This document shows positions 44,352 to 52,629 of a stretch of DNA of 64,000 nucleotides, piece after piece (position 1 is the first letter of the stretch; each line of letters begins with the position of its first letter). A program made the translations under genes and the position numbers. The notes beneath the pieces are model-generated. The model ran no database searches and had not been told where the DNA came from. It worked only from the letters and a program-made list of their open reading frames with translations. The stretch comes from Armatimonadota bacterium (lineage in GTDB: Bacteria; Armatimonadota; UBA10988). The DNA lies in assembly GCA_016235455.1 (NCBI GenBank), contig JACRKZ010000057.1, positions 1 to 64,000 of the forward strand. The letters are read 5' to 3'.

Positions 44352-46187
44352 ATGGCAGAGAAGATGGCCGGCACGACCAAGCCCGGTCCGCGTCGTGGCG
44401 AACCTCGGCCCGGCGCGGCGTCGGGCGCGTTGGCCCGCGCCATCAAGTTCCCCCTGTCCGGCCTCATCGGCCTGCCGCAGTTGGCCGCGCTGTATGCTGG
44501 CGCCGACGGCGACTCGGCGCTCGAAGTTGCCGAGAACACGCTCAACCGCCTCGAGTTCCTGGTGGCCGTCGATCCCGCCGAACTGGCGCAGATTCCCACC
44601 GAGGGGCCGGTGGTGGCCGTCGCCAACCATCCGCTGGGCGGGCCCGAGGGCTTGGCGCTGGCCATTCTGCTGGGCCGAGCCAGACCCGACGTCAAACTGT
44701 TCGGTAATTTCCTCCTGTCGGGCTTCACGCGGCTGCGCGACCTGTTCATCTTCGTTAACCCGTTCGATACGCCCAAGGCGCGGCATGAGAACGTGCGCGG
44801 CATGAAGGACGCGTTGCGCTGGCTGCGTGACGGGCATCTGCTGGGCGTCTTCCCCAGCGGCGAGGTGAGCCACCTCGATGTTCGCCAGCGGCACATCACC
44901 GATCCGGACTGGTCGTCCAACGTCGCCGGACTGGCCCGTCGCACCGGTGCCGTGGTGGTGCCGGTCTACTTCTCGGGGGCCAATGGCGCGGTCTTCCAGA
45001 TGGCCGGCCTGCTGCACCCGCGGCTGCGCACGGCGCTGCTGGCGCGCGAGATGATGGCCAAGCGCGACCGCGTCTGCGACGTGCATATCGGCGCGCCGCT
45101 GCGCCCCGAGATGCTGGCCAGCTTCGCCAGCGACGAAGAGGCCATCGAGTACCTGCGGCTGCGCACCTATGCGCTCGCCGGGCGGGAGTCGCGCCGCCGC
45201 CGGCGCAAGAAGCAGCACCGGCGCGCGCGGGCACTCCAGGCGCTGCAGCCGGTGGCGCCGCCCATGGCGCCGGAGAAGCTGGCGCAGGACGTGGCCGCCT
45301 TCCCGCCCGAGGCGCTGCTCAGTTCGTCGCGCGAACTATCGGTCTACTGCGTCGGCGCTCAGCACATGCCGCACCTGATGACCGAGCTCGGCCGGCTGCG
45401 CGAGGTCACGTTCCGCGGGGTGGGCGAGGGCACCGGCGAGCCGCTCGACCTCGACCCGTTCGACAAGACCTATCGCCATCTGCTGCTCTGGAATCCGTCG
45501 TGCAACCTGCTGGTGGGTGGCTACCGGTTGGGTCTGACCGACGAACTACTGGCCCGATCGGGCAAGCGCGGGCTGTATGTCTCCACGCTGTTCGACCTGT
45601 CCGACGAGTTCCTCGAGCGGATGGGCCCGGCGGTGGAGCTCGGTCGCTCGTGGGTGCGGCCCGAGTGCCAGAAGCAGGTGGCGCCGATGGTCATGCTGTG
45701 GCAGGGCGTCGGCCACTTCGTGGCGCATGAACTGCGCTACCGCCGCATGTTCGGACCGGTGAGCGTGTCCAACTCGTATCGCCCGGCCAGCCGCGCGCTG
45801 ATGATGAGCTTCCTGTCGCGGCCGCCCTACCTGTCGGACCTGGCGGCGCTGGCCAGGCCGCGCACGCCGTTCGACCCCAAGCGCTGGCTGTCGCCCGATG
45901 TGCGCAGCCGATTGGACTACCTGCGCACGGTGGAGGATCTCAACCACGTCGTGGCCGACATCGAGCCCGACGGCAAAGGCATCCCGCCGCTGCTGCGCCA
46001 GTACCTTAAGATGGGCGCCAAGGTCATCGGGTTCAATCTCGATCCCGAGTTCGGCAACTGCCTCGACGGCCTGTGCGTGTTTGACGCGGCGCAGGTCGAT
46101 CGGCGAGCCGTGCGGCGCTATGTGTCCGAGGAGGAAGTGGACCGCTTCAAAGACGTCCACGGCACTGCGGAGGCACCCACGCAATAG
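44352..46187 (+). CDS. Bifunctional PlsC-like acyltransferase + GNAT N-acyltransferase (OlsF-like ornithine-lipid synthase candidate)
   Basis: N-domain VANHPLGGPEG, VFPSGEVS, VVPVYF.G.N; C-domain LRE.TFR.VGEGTG..DLD.FD, GGYRLG, ELGRS.V...Q, FGPVS.S, P.LLRQYL..GA. Confidence 0.8.
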   Translation: MAEKMAGTTKPGPRRGEPRPGAASGALARAIKFPLSGLIGLPQLAALYAGADGDSALEVAENTLNRLEFLVAVDPAELAQIPTEGPVVAVANHPLGGPEGLALAILLGRARPDVKLFGNFLLSGFTRLRDLFIFVNPFDTPKARHENVRGMKDALRWLRDGHLLGVFPSGEVSHLDVRQRHITDPDWSSNVAGLARRTGAVVVPVYFSGANGAVFQMAGLLHPRLRTALLAREMMAKRDRVCDVHIGAPLRPEMLASFASDEEAIEYLRLRTYALAGRESRRRRRKKQHRRARALQALQPVAPPMAPEKLAQDVAAFPPEALLSSSRELSVYCVGAQHMPHLMTELGRLREVTFRGVGEGTGEPLDLDPFDKTYRHLLLWNPSCNLLVGGYRLGLTDELLARSGKRGLYVSTLFDLSDEFLERMGPAVELGRSWVRPECQKQVAPMVMLWQGVGHFVAHELRYRRMFGPVSVSNSYRPASRALMMSFLSRPPYLSDLAALARPRTPFDPKRWLSPDVRSRLDYLRTVEDLNHVVADIEPDGKGIPPLLRQYLKMGAKVIGFNLDPEFGNCLDGLCVFDAAQVDRRAVRRYVSEEEVDRFKDVHGTAEAPTQ

Positions 46188-46200
46188 AAGGAGACCGTTG

Positions 46201-46800
46201 ATGCCCCAAGTGCCCGGTGGCCCGTTCCTGTTCCTGCGCAAGTTCCTCCAGCACGGTACCCGCGTGGCCTCGGTGCGCGAGTCGAGCCGCGCCCTGGCCG
46301 GCGAGGTGTGCCGCTTCGTGACGCCCGACCAGCCACAGGTCATTCTCGAACTCGGCGCCGGCACGGGCGCCGTCACCGCCGCCGCCCAGAGCAAGCTGCA
46401 CCCCGACAGCCGCCTGATTGCCGTCGAGTTGGACTCCGACTTCGCCGCCATCCTGGCCCAACGCTGCCCGCGGGCCGAGGTGGTCTGCGGCGACGTGGCC
46501 GAGCTGGACAAGCGCCTGCCCGACCTGGGCATCGACCGCTTTGACCTGGTGCTCTCGGGCCTGCCCACGCCGAGCCTGCCCAAGGCGGTCAACCGCGCCG
46601 TGTTCGAGACCATCGAACGCGTCGCCGCCGACGCCTGCTTCAGCCAGCTCACGCTCATGCCGTGGTACTTCTGGAAGCTCTACCGAGGGCTGTATGAACA
46701 GGTGGATTTCAACCTCGTGCTGGCCAGTCTGCCGCCGGGCGGGGTCTATCATGGCCGCCGCCTGCGCGCTGATTGGCGCGACCACGTGCCCGGCAAGTAG
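46201..46800 (+). CDS. SAM-dependent lipid N-methyltransferase (PmtA/OlsG-like)
   Basis: FLRKFL.....VASV..SS..LA, ILELGAGTG.VT, AVELD..F, D.VLSGLP, LPPG.VY; RBS AAGGAG, 13 nt after the upstream stop. Confidence 0.8.
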   Translation: MPQVPGGPFLFLRKFLQHGTRVASVRESSRALAGEVCRFVTPDQPQVILELGAGTGAVTAAAQSKLHPDSRLIAVELDSDFAAILAQRCPRAEVVCGDVAELDKRLPDLGIDRFDLVLSGLPTPSLPKAVNRAVFETIERVAADACFSQLTLMPWYFWKLYRGLYEQVDFNLVLASLPPGGVYHGRRLRADWRDHVPGK

Positions 46801-46810
46801 GGGCGCCGCC

Positions 46811-48736
46811 GTGGAGCCGTTCGTCAACAGCGTCGGCCTGAAGCTGGTGCCCATCGCCGCCGGCAGCTTCATCATGGGTGCCGAGCGCGGCGAGTTCGAC
46901 GAGCGGCCCATCCACGACGTGACCTTGACCCGGCCGTTCTACCTGGCGGCCACGCCGGTCACCAACGCGCAGTATGAGCTGTTCGACCCCGAGCACCGGC
47001 GTTACCGCGGCCGGCACGGGTTGGCGCGCGATGACGACGAGGCGGTGCTGTTCGTCTCCTGGCGGGATGCCACAGCCTATTGCCGCTGGCTCTCGGAGCG
47101 TGAAGGCAAACCCTATCGCCTGCCCACCGAGGCCGAGTGGGAGTATGCCTGTCGCGCGGAGACCACCACTCGCTACTGGACCGGCCCTGACCTGCCCGCC
47201 GAGTACCGTCGCGCCCAGGAGTTCGACTGGTTCCCGCGACCGGTGTCGCTGCATGTCGGCGAGACGCCGGCCAACCCGTGGGGCTTGCACGACGTCCACG
47301 GCCTGGTCGAAGAGTGGTGTCTCGACGGCTACGGTCCCTATGAGCCCGGCCCGGCCACCGACCCGGTCGGCCGCGACTCGGAGATGCGCGTGACGCGCGG
47401 CGGTAGCCACAACAGCGAGCTCGAGTTCCTGCGCTCGGCTAATCGCGGCGGCGCGCTGCCCGACGACCGCAGCTGGCTGATCGGCTTCCGCGTGGCGCAG
47501 GCCGACAGCCCGACCACGCAGCCGCTGCCAGCGGCGCCTGTGGGGCGCTGGGGGCAGGAGGTCAGGCAGGAGACGGTAGTCTGGCCCGAACCCAGCGACC
47601 GGCCGCTGTGGCAGGCGCCCAGGAGCTTTGTGCACATCGCGCCCGACGCCGACGGTCCGCTCTATGCCAGGCACAACCATTGTCCGGCGATCACCTGGTG
47701 CCCCAACGGCGACCTGCTGGCCGCCTGGTTCTCGTGCCGCACCGAGCGCGGCCGCGAGATGACCATCGCCGCCAGTCGTCTGCGCTGGGGCGCGAGCGAG
47801 TGGGACGCGGCCGACGAGTTCTTCAAGGCGCCGGACCGCAACATGACCGGCACCGCGCTGTGGCATGACGGGGCTGGCCGCATCCTGCATTTCAACGGCA
47901 TCGAGGCCGGCCACGGCTGGGCCACGCTGGCGCTGGCACTCCGCACCAGCGCCGACAACGGCGCCACGTGGCAGACGCGGTACATCGACGCCGAGCATCA
48001 GCCGCACAATCAGGTCATCGCCAACCTCGTACGGACCCGCGCCGGTCGGCTCATTCTGGCTTGCGACGCGGTCTACGGCGGCAATGGCGGCACGGCCATC
48101 CACCTCTCGGATGACGACGGCGCCACCTGGCGCGACCCCAGCCACGGCAAGCCGCCGCCCAAGTTCGTCGCTGGCGGCAAGGGCGCCTGGATCGCGGGCA
48201 TCCATGGCGCGCTGGTGGAGTTGGCCGACGGCAGCTACCTGGCCTATGGGCGTGGCGACAGCATTGACGGTCATATGCCGCTCAGCCGCTCGACGGATGG
48301 CGGCGAGACCTGGACCTACGAGGCCAGCGACTGGCCCGCCATCTCCGGCGGCCAACGGCTGGTGCTGCGGCGGCTGAACGAGGGCCCGTTGTTGTTCTGC
48401 TCGTTCACCGATGCCAGCGGCGTCAAGGAGCCGCGTGGTCTGGCGGTGGTCGACGCGGCCGGTTGCGAACGCAGAGTCTACGGCCTGTTCGCCGCGCTGT
48501 CGTTCGACGACGGCAAGACCTGGCCGGTGGTCAAGGGCCTGACACCCGGTGCCGGCAGCGGACCGCTCAATGGCGGTGCCTGGACCGGCGAGTTCCAGCC
48601 CGATGCCACGCACGCCGAGCCGCGCGGCTACCTGGCCTGTACGCAGACCCCGGACGGCGCGATCAACCTCGTGTCGAGTGCGCTGCACTACCGCTTCAAC
48701 CTGGCCTGGCTGCGGCAGCCCATGGCAGCGCAGTAG
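46811..48736 (+). CDS. FGE/SUMF1-fold domain fused to sialidase/BNR-repeat beta-propeller
   Basis: F.MG..E.P.H.V, VTN.QY, YRLPTEAEWEYACRA, N.WGL.D..G.V.EWC.D, RGGS, GFR; Asp-boxes SADNGATW, SDDDGATW, STDGGETW, SFDDGKTW; GTG start 46811. Confidence 0.85.
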   Translation: MEPFVNSVGLKLVPIAAGSFIMGAERGEFDERPIHDVTLTRPFYLAATPVTNAQYELFDPEHRRYRGRHGLARDDDEAVLFVSWRDATAYCRWLSEREGKPYRLPTEAEWEYACRAETTTRYWTGPDLPAEYRRAQEFDWFPRPVSLHVGETPANPWGLHDVHGLVEEWCLDGYGPYEPGPATDPVGRDSEMRVTRGGSHNSELEFLRSANRGGALPDDRSWLIGFRVAQADSPTTQPLPAAPVGRWGQEVRQETVVWPEPSDRPLWQAPRSFVHIAPDADGPLYARHNHCPAITWCPNGDLLAAWFSCRTERGREMTIAASRLRWGASEWDAADEFFKAPDRNMTGTALWHDGAGRILHFNGIEAGHGWATLALALRTSADNGATWQTRYIDAEHQPHNQVIANLVRTRAGRLILACDAVYGGNGGTAIHLSDDDGATWRDPSHGKPPPKFVAGGKGAWIAGIHGALVELADGSYLAYGRGDSIDGHMPLSRSTDGGETWTYEASDWPAISGGQRLVLRRLNEGPLLFCSFTDASGVKEPRGLAVVDAAGCERRVYGLFAALSFDDGKTWPVVKGLTPGAGSGPLNGGAWTGEFQPDATHAEPRGYLACTQTPDGAINLVSSALHYRFNLAWLRQPMAAQ

Positions 48737-48755
48737 GCTCGGGAAGGTCCTTTCG

Positions 48756-48811
48756 CGGCAGATCCACAGACTGCGAGTCTTGTCATCTACGCAATCTGCG
48801 TGATCTATGGA
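48756..48811. repeat. Degenerate palindromic element C built from 9-nt units
   Basis: Right arm CATCTACGC-AATCTGCGT-GATCTATGG (48784-48810) closely matches the right arm of element A; left arm eroded (GGCAGAT-CCACAGAC); between convergent genes. Confidence 0.65.
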
Positions 48812-48821
48812 CCCCAAGACG

Positions 48822-49478
48822 CTACTCGACGGCGTCGACATCCGCCGGCTGGAAGCGGCTCGGCGCAATGAGCAGGGCCATCGGCGTGCCGGCCGGCACG
48901 CGCACGGTGTGGCGGTCGAAGGGCTCGGGCGTGCTGATGGCGACGGGCTCGCCGTCGACCGGGTCGAACCAGTGGATGGACTGGCCTGAGGCCACCGCCA
49001 CCTGCACATCGCCACCCTCGGCACTGAAGGCCGCGATCAGTTCGCCCGCCTGAGCCAGACGCCACTCGCCCTGGTCGGGCAGCGGCTGCCAGGGTAGTTC
49101 GGCATCGGCCACGGCCAGCAGCATGGCCAGCGGTAGCACCACGTCGAACTCGCCCAGCACGAAGCGCTCTCCGGCCAATGCGGCGACGAAGGCGTCGGCA
49201 CTGGTGGTCGCGGTGACATGGCGGTCGGAGCTGCCCACCAGGTGCGGCGCGTCGCTCAGCAGGGCGGGCGGCACGACGGCCACCAAGCCCGCCCGGCGCG
49301 CGGCATCGGCGGCAGCCTCGTGGTCGCAGACAATGCCGGTGAGACCAAGCGCGGCCCAGTCGCGCGCCATGGCCCGCACCTTGGCCGTGGGCACGTCTGC
49401 CGGCCACTGAGCGGCCACGAGCACCACCGGGCGTTCGCCTTGCTGGGGCAGACCCTCGACCATGCGAATCGGCGTCAT
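48822..49478 (-). CDS. Hypothetical protein
   Basis: Abuts the TPM gene stop (RBS GGAGG); protein-like composition (WFDP.DG). Confidence 0.55.
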   Translation of the reverse strand: MTPIRMVEGLPQQGERPVVLVAAQWPADVPTAKVRAMARDWAALGLTGIVCDHEAAADAARRAGLVAVVPPALLSDAPHLVGSSDRHVTATTSADAFVAALAGERFVLGEFDVVLPLAMLLAVADAELPWQPLPDQGEWRLAQAGELIAAFSAEGGDVQVAVASGQSIHWFDPVDGEPVAISTPEPFDRHTVRVPAGTPMALLIAPSRFQPADVDAVE

Positions 49479-50330
49479 CTAGAACCCTCCACGTCGCTGG
49501 GGCCGCAAGGAGCAGCCGAAGCCTCCACAGCGTACCACGACACCGCGGATAGCTCGGCTGACCACGGGCTCGGCGCGGGCAATCCACACCGGCACCAGCG
49601 CCATCGGGGCGCTGATGACCAACAGCAGGGGCTCGAAGCGGAGAGTCAAGTAGAGTCCGCCGTAGAGCATCAGCAGTGGCACCAGGTAGGCCAGTGCCGT
49701 GCGGCCGCCCGCGCGCGCGCCGAGGATGAGCAAGAAGAGCAACGTGGGTAGGCCGACCCACCATCCCGGATGCCGCCACAGTGGCGGCGCGGGCGGTGGC
49801 GGCAGTCGGGTGACCTTGACGGCCAAGGCCCGGGGCTCGGGCAACGCGGCCTGCAACTGGGCCGCCAGAAAGACGAGCGCCTCGGCCACCGCCAGTCTGG
49901 CGTTGTTGACGTGCGGCGATAGCGCCGGCTTGACGCGCTGGTCGAGCAGTTGCGTTCGCACCGCGTCGGGCAGGCTTTCAGTCAGGCTGGGGCTCAGGGC
50001 CAGGTCGGCGGCGCGGGTTTCGAAGGTGATCTGCAGCACCGCCGCCTGGGCATCGCGGGCGGCACCGGCCCACTGCTTCAGCAGCGTGTCGGCGGTGCGC
50101 GGGCTGCCGGCCTTGGGCTCGACGACGACCAGCAGCTTGGCCGACCGCTCCCGACTGAGCTGCTCGCAGGCGGCCGTCAGCTTCTTGGCCTGCTCGGCGG
50201 GCAGCAGTTGGCCTGGGTCGACCAGTCCGCCCGCGGCGGGCAAGTCCAACGGCGCATCGGCGGCCTGGGCGGGGGTCAGCGCCAGCATCACCGTCGCGAG
50301 GAGCCCGATCCAGCAACGTCGGCCGCTCAT
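49479..50330 (-). CDS. TPM-domain membrane protein
   Basis: Signal peptide, G.LVD...LL....KL...L......LLVV, L...LPDA...L....KP.L; C-terminal TM helices and a GGFG tail. Confidence 0.7.
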   Translation of the reverse strand: MSGRRCWIGLLATVMLALTPAQAADAPLDLPAAGGLVDPGQLLPAEQAKKLTAACEQLSRERSAKLLVVVEPKAGSPRTADTLLKQWAGAARDAQAAVLQITFETRAADLALSPSLTESLPDAVRTQLLDQRVKPALSPHVNNARLAVAEALVFLAAQLQAALPEPRALAVKVTRLPPPPAPPLWRHPGWWVGLPTLLFLLILGARAGGRTALAYLVPLLMLYGGLYLTLRFEPLLLVISAPMALVPVWIARAEPVVSRAIRGVVVRCGGFGCSLRPQRRGGF

Positions 50331-51313
50331 TGCGGTGCCTCGTCGCCAGCCTCGGCCGCAGCCTCCGGCTCGGCTGCGGGGGCCGCCTCCGGTTCTGGGG
50401 CTGGCTCGGACGTTGGCTCGGGCGTGGGCGCCGATTCCGGTTCCGGCGTTGGCTCCGGCGCGGGGGCCGGCTCCGGCGTTGCTTCTGGCTCTGGGTCGCC
50501 TTGCGGCGTGGGCGCCGGCTCGGCGGGCGGCTCTTCCTTCGCCTTGCCCTTGGTGCGGCGCGACTTGGGTTTGGCGGGCTCGGCCGGCGGGGCCATCAAG
50601 GCGGCTGTCCGGGCCAGCGCGGCCTGCATCACGGCCATGAGCAGCGCCAGCCGGGCTTCGGCCTGGGCCGCGGTGAGGCGGGCCTGGCCGCGAGCCAGAT
50701 CGAGGATTTGGGTCAGGTCGTCGGGTGCGATGCCCAAGGGCTCCGGCCAGGACTCGGGCCGCGCCGACGGCGGGAGGCCCGCCAGCCGGGTCAGGCCGCG
50801 CAGTGTGTGCAGCAGGCTGGCCGCGTGCCCCACGAGCAGCCCGGGCAGGCGCTTGGGCTGGGCCGCGGCGGCCAGGCCGTCGGCGCGCAGTTGGGCGAGC
50901 TTGTCGCGCAGTTCCAGGCGCACTTGCGTGGCGATGGCCGGCCGCTCGGCGCTGCCTTCGGCCAGGATGTCGCGACCGGCGATGAGCAGGTGGGCATCCT
51001 TGATGTCGAGCAGAGTCAGCGGTGTGACGGCCAGCAGATCGGGCACTTCCTCCTCGCCGATGACCGCCAGCGTGACCGGCGGTTTGACCACCGCGGCCAC
51101 GGCGCGCAGGTCGCCCGCCTCGACGTGGTCGAGCACGGCCAGGATGTTGAGATCGGACACGCCCGGCCGGTAGCCGCCGCGCAGCGCGCTGCCATAAGCG
51201 TAGACGGAAACCAGGCGCCAGCCCAGCGCACGGCCGAGCGCGGCGGCCAGCCGGCCGGCTGGCTCGGCCAAACCTGGCGGAAGACTGCCCACAGTGTCCT
51301 CTGCTTGCGACAT
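50327..51313 (-). CDS. Nucleotidyltransferase-domain protein with Pro/Glu/Ala-rich C-terminal tail
   Basis: LVSVYAYGSA.RG.Y.PG.SDLNIL.V (pol-beta-type GS..DxN motif); PEP(E/A/T) repeats at the C-terminus; RBS AAGGAG. Confidence 0.75.
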   Translation of the reverse strand: MSQAEDTVGSLPPGLAEPAGRLAAALGRALGWRLVSVYAYGSALRGGYRPGVSDLNILAVLDHVEAGDLRAVAAVVKPPVTLAVIGEEEVPDLLAVTPLTLLDIKDAHLLIAGRDILAEGSAERPAIATQVRLELRDKLAQLRADGLAAAAQPKRLPGLLVGHAASLLHTLRGLTRLAGLPPSARPESWPEPLGIAPDDLTQILDLARGQARLTAAQAEARLALLMAVMQAALARTAALMAPPAEPAKPKSRRTKGKAKEEPPAEPAPTPQGDPEPEATPEPAPAPEPTPEPESAPTPEPTSEPAPEPEAAPAAEPEAAAEAGDEAPQ

Positions 51314-51340
51314 GACGGCTCCTTGGTGCAGGTGGGGCGC

Positions 51341-51369
51341 ATCCTATCGGAACGCGAGGGCGCGGTCAA
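51341..51369 (-). promoter_or_regulatory. Sigma-70 promoter for the nucleotidyltransferase-TPM operon
   Basis: TTGACC-N17-TAGGAT on the minus strand. Confidence 0.6.
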
Positions 51370-51370
51370 G

Positions 51371-51398
51371 TTGACAGGCACCGACACGCCACTAGAAT
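51371..51398 (+). promoter_or_regulatory. Sigma-70 promoter for queF (predicts a leaderless mRNA)
   Basis: TTGACA-N16-TAGAAT, with the ATG only 6 nt after the -10 box and no SD sequence. Confidence 0.7.
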
Positions 51399-51404
51399 CG
51401 TGCC

Positions 51405-51758
51405 ATGTCTACTCAACCAAGCAAGCAACTCGAAATCGTGCCGAACCCCAAACCCGAGCGCGACTATGTCATCAGCATTGAATGCCCCGAGTTCACCTGC
51501 GTCTGTCCCAAGACCGGCCAGCCCGATTTTGCGACGATCAGGGTAGAATACACCCCCGACCAGGGCATCATCGAACTCAAGAGCATGAAGCTCTACTTCT
51601 GGAGCTACCGCGAGACCGGCACCTTCCACGAAGCCGTGACCAACCAGATCCTGGACGACTTCGTGGCCGCGTGCCAGCCGCGGTGGATGAAGGTGGTCGG
51701 CGACTTCAACGTGCGTGGCGGCATTCACACGGTGGTCACCGCGGAGTACCGGGCGTAA
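51405..51758 (+). CDS. queF: NADPH-dependent 7-cyano-7-deazaguanine (preQ0) reductase, short form
   Basis: [38 protein letters not shown]. Confidence 0.95.
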   Translation: MSTQPSKQLEIVPNPKPERDYVISIECPEFTCVCPKTGQPDFATIRVEYTPDQGIIELKSMKLYFWSYRETGTFHEAVTNQILDDFVAACQPRWMKVVGDFNVRGGIHTVVTAEYRA

Positions 51759-51795
51759 GTCGACCACGCCGCAGGCTTGGGCCAGAGGGGGGCGC

Positions 51796-52221
51796 ATGTC
51801 CGTGATTCGCGTCCGCGCCAAGGGCACGGGTCGGGTAGTCCGATGGTCCGCGCTGCGGCGAGGTGAACTGGTCGACGGCTCAAAGTGGCTGCGCCTGACC
51901 ACGGTCCTGCCGGACGTCGTGACCGACGTGCTCGACTTCACAGAGAGGCTGGATGCACAGCGCCGCGTCACGGTCGTGGTGGTCAACAACATGGTCCGGG
52001 GTTCCCTCGACCTGGCCATCTCGGGTCAGGGGTTTGAGGTCACCTGCGGTCGCCGGCTGGTGCGCGGATGGTTCCCTCTGAACCCGCTGGCGTTCGAGTT
52101 CGGCGCCAACTTCGATGTCGTAGTCACCATCAACGCTGACGAGGCCATCGAAGCCTCGCTGATCGACCACCTGTTTGGTGACTACGAATGCAATTCGGGT
52201 GTGACGGCACCGTTAGGCTGA
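51796..52221 (+). CDS. Hypothetical protein (141 aa, beta-rich)
   Basis: RBS AGAGGGGG before ATG 51796; Val-rich sequence; no recognised motif. Confidence 0.55.
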   Translation: MSVIRVRAKGTGRVVRWSALRRGELVDGSKWLRLTTVLPDVVTDVLDFTERLDAQRRVTVVVVNNMVRGSLDLAISGQGFEVTCGRRLVRGWFPLNPLAFEFGANFDVVVTINADEAIEASLIDHLFGDYECNSGVTAPLG

Positions 52222-52290
52222 CCCAACGCGACCGCCGCGACTGTGACTAACAACCTGTTCCGCACCCGCCATGGCAGATCCTGCCGGCAT

Positions 52291-52400
52291 TCTGTGGCCT
52301 CTGTGCGCTCCGTGGTCAGTAAAGCAATGTCAACCACAGAGCGCGCAGAGGCCAGAGAGCAAGATGGCAGTCAGCAGAGGTTTCCATCTGCGTCATCTTG
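52291..52400. repeat. Compound palindromic element D built from 9-nt units, near the tRNA-Leu 3' end
   Basis: TCTGTGGCC-TCTGTGCGC-TCCGTGGT (52291-52316) pairs with ACCACAGA-GCGCGCAGA-GGCCAGAGA (52333-52358), 23/26; followed by CAAGATGGCAG...CCATCTGCG-TCATCTTG. Confidence 0.75.
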
Positions 52401-52474
52401 GGGTGCGGAACATGCTGAAAGAGAATCGTTGGCGCGCGCCAGATGATTCTAGGGGAGTAGGGGGAAGGCGGAAA

Positions 52475-52559
52475 TGCCCAGGGTGGGAGTCGAACCCACA
52501 CGACCGTAATGGCCACTGGATCCTGAATCCAGCGCGTCTACCGATTCCGCCACCTGGGC
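52475..52559 (-). tRNA. tRNA-Leu (anticodon CAG), CCA not encoded
   Basis: Reverse complement GCCCAGGTGGCGGAATCGGTAGACGCGCTGGATTCAGGATCCAGTGGCCATTACGGTCGTGTGGGTTCGACTCCCACCCTGGGCA; long variable arm; loop TT-CAG-GA. Confidence 0.95.
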
Positions 52560-52572
52560 AAGCAACGCTGTG

Positions 52573-52601
52573 AATATAGCCGAGCCCCGCGTTCTCGTCA
52601 A
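52573..52601 (-). promoter_or_regulatory. Sigma-70 promoter of tRNA-Leu
   Basis: TTGACG-N17-TATATT on the minus strand. Confidence 0.65.
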
Positions 52602-52629
52602 GCGGATTCTGCGGGGCTCGGGGCGATGG

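Noticed and set aside
47390-47500. FGE/C-type-lectin domain as a diversity-generating retroelement target
   Set aside because: The domain is N-terminal rather than terminal, and no template repeat copy or reverse transcriptase is visible in the window.
50340-50530. Tandem-like DNA repeats (also GCTGGC runs at about 53620-53720)
   Set aside because: They encode Pro/Ala/Glu-rich protein linkers; low-complexity coding sequence, not independent elements.
43014-52559. Genomic island or prophage bounded by the two tRNAs
   Set aside because: No integrase, att duplication or phage gene; the interval carries housekeeping genes (aroK, queF) with typical composition.
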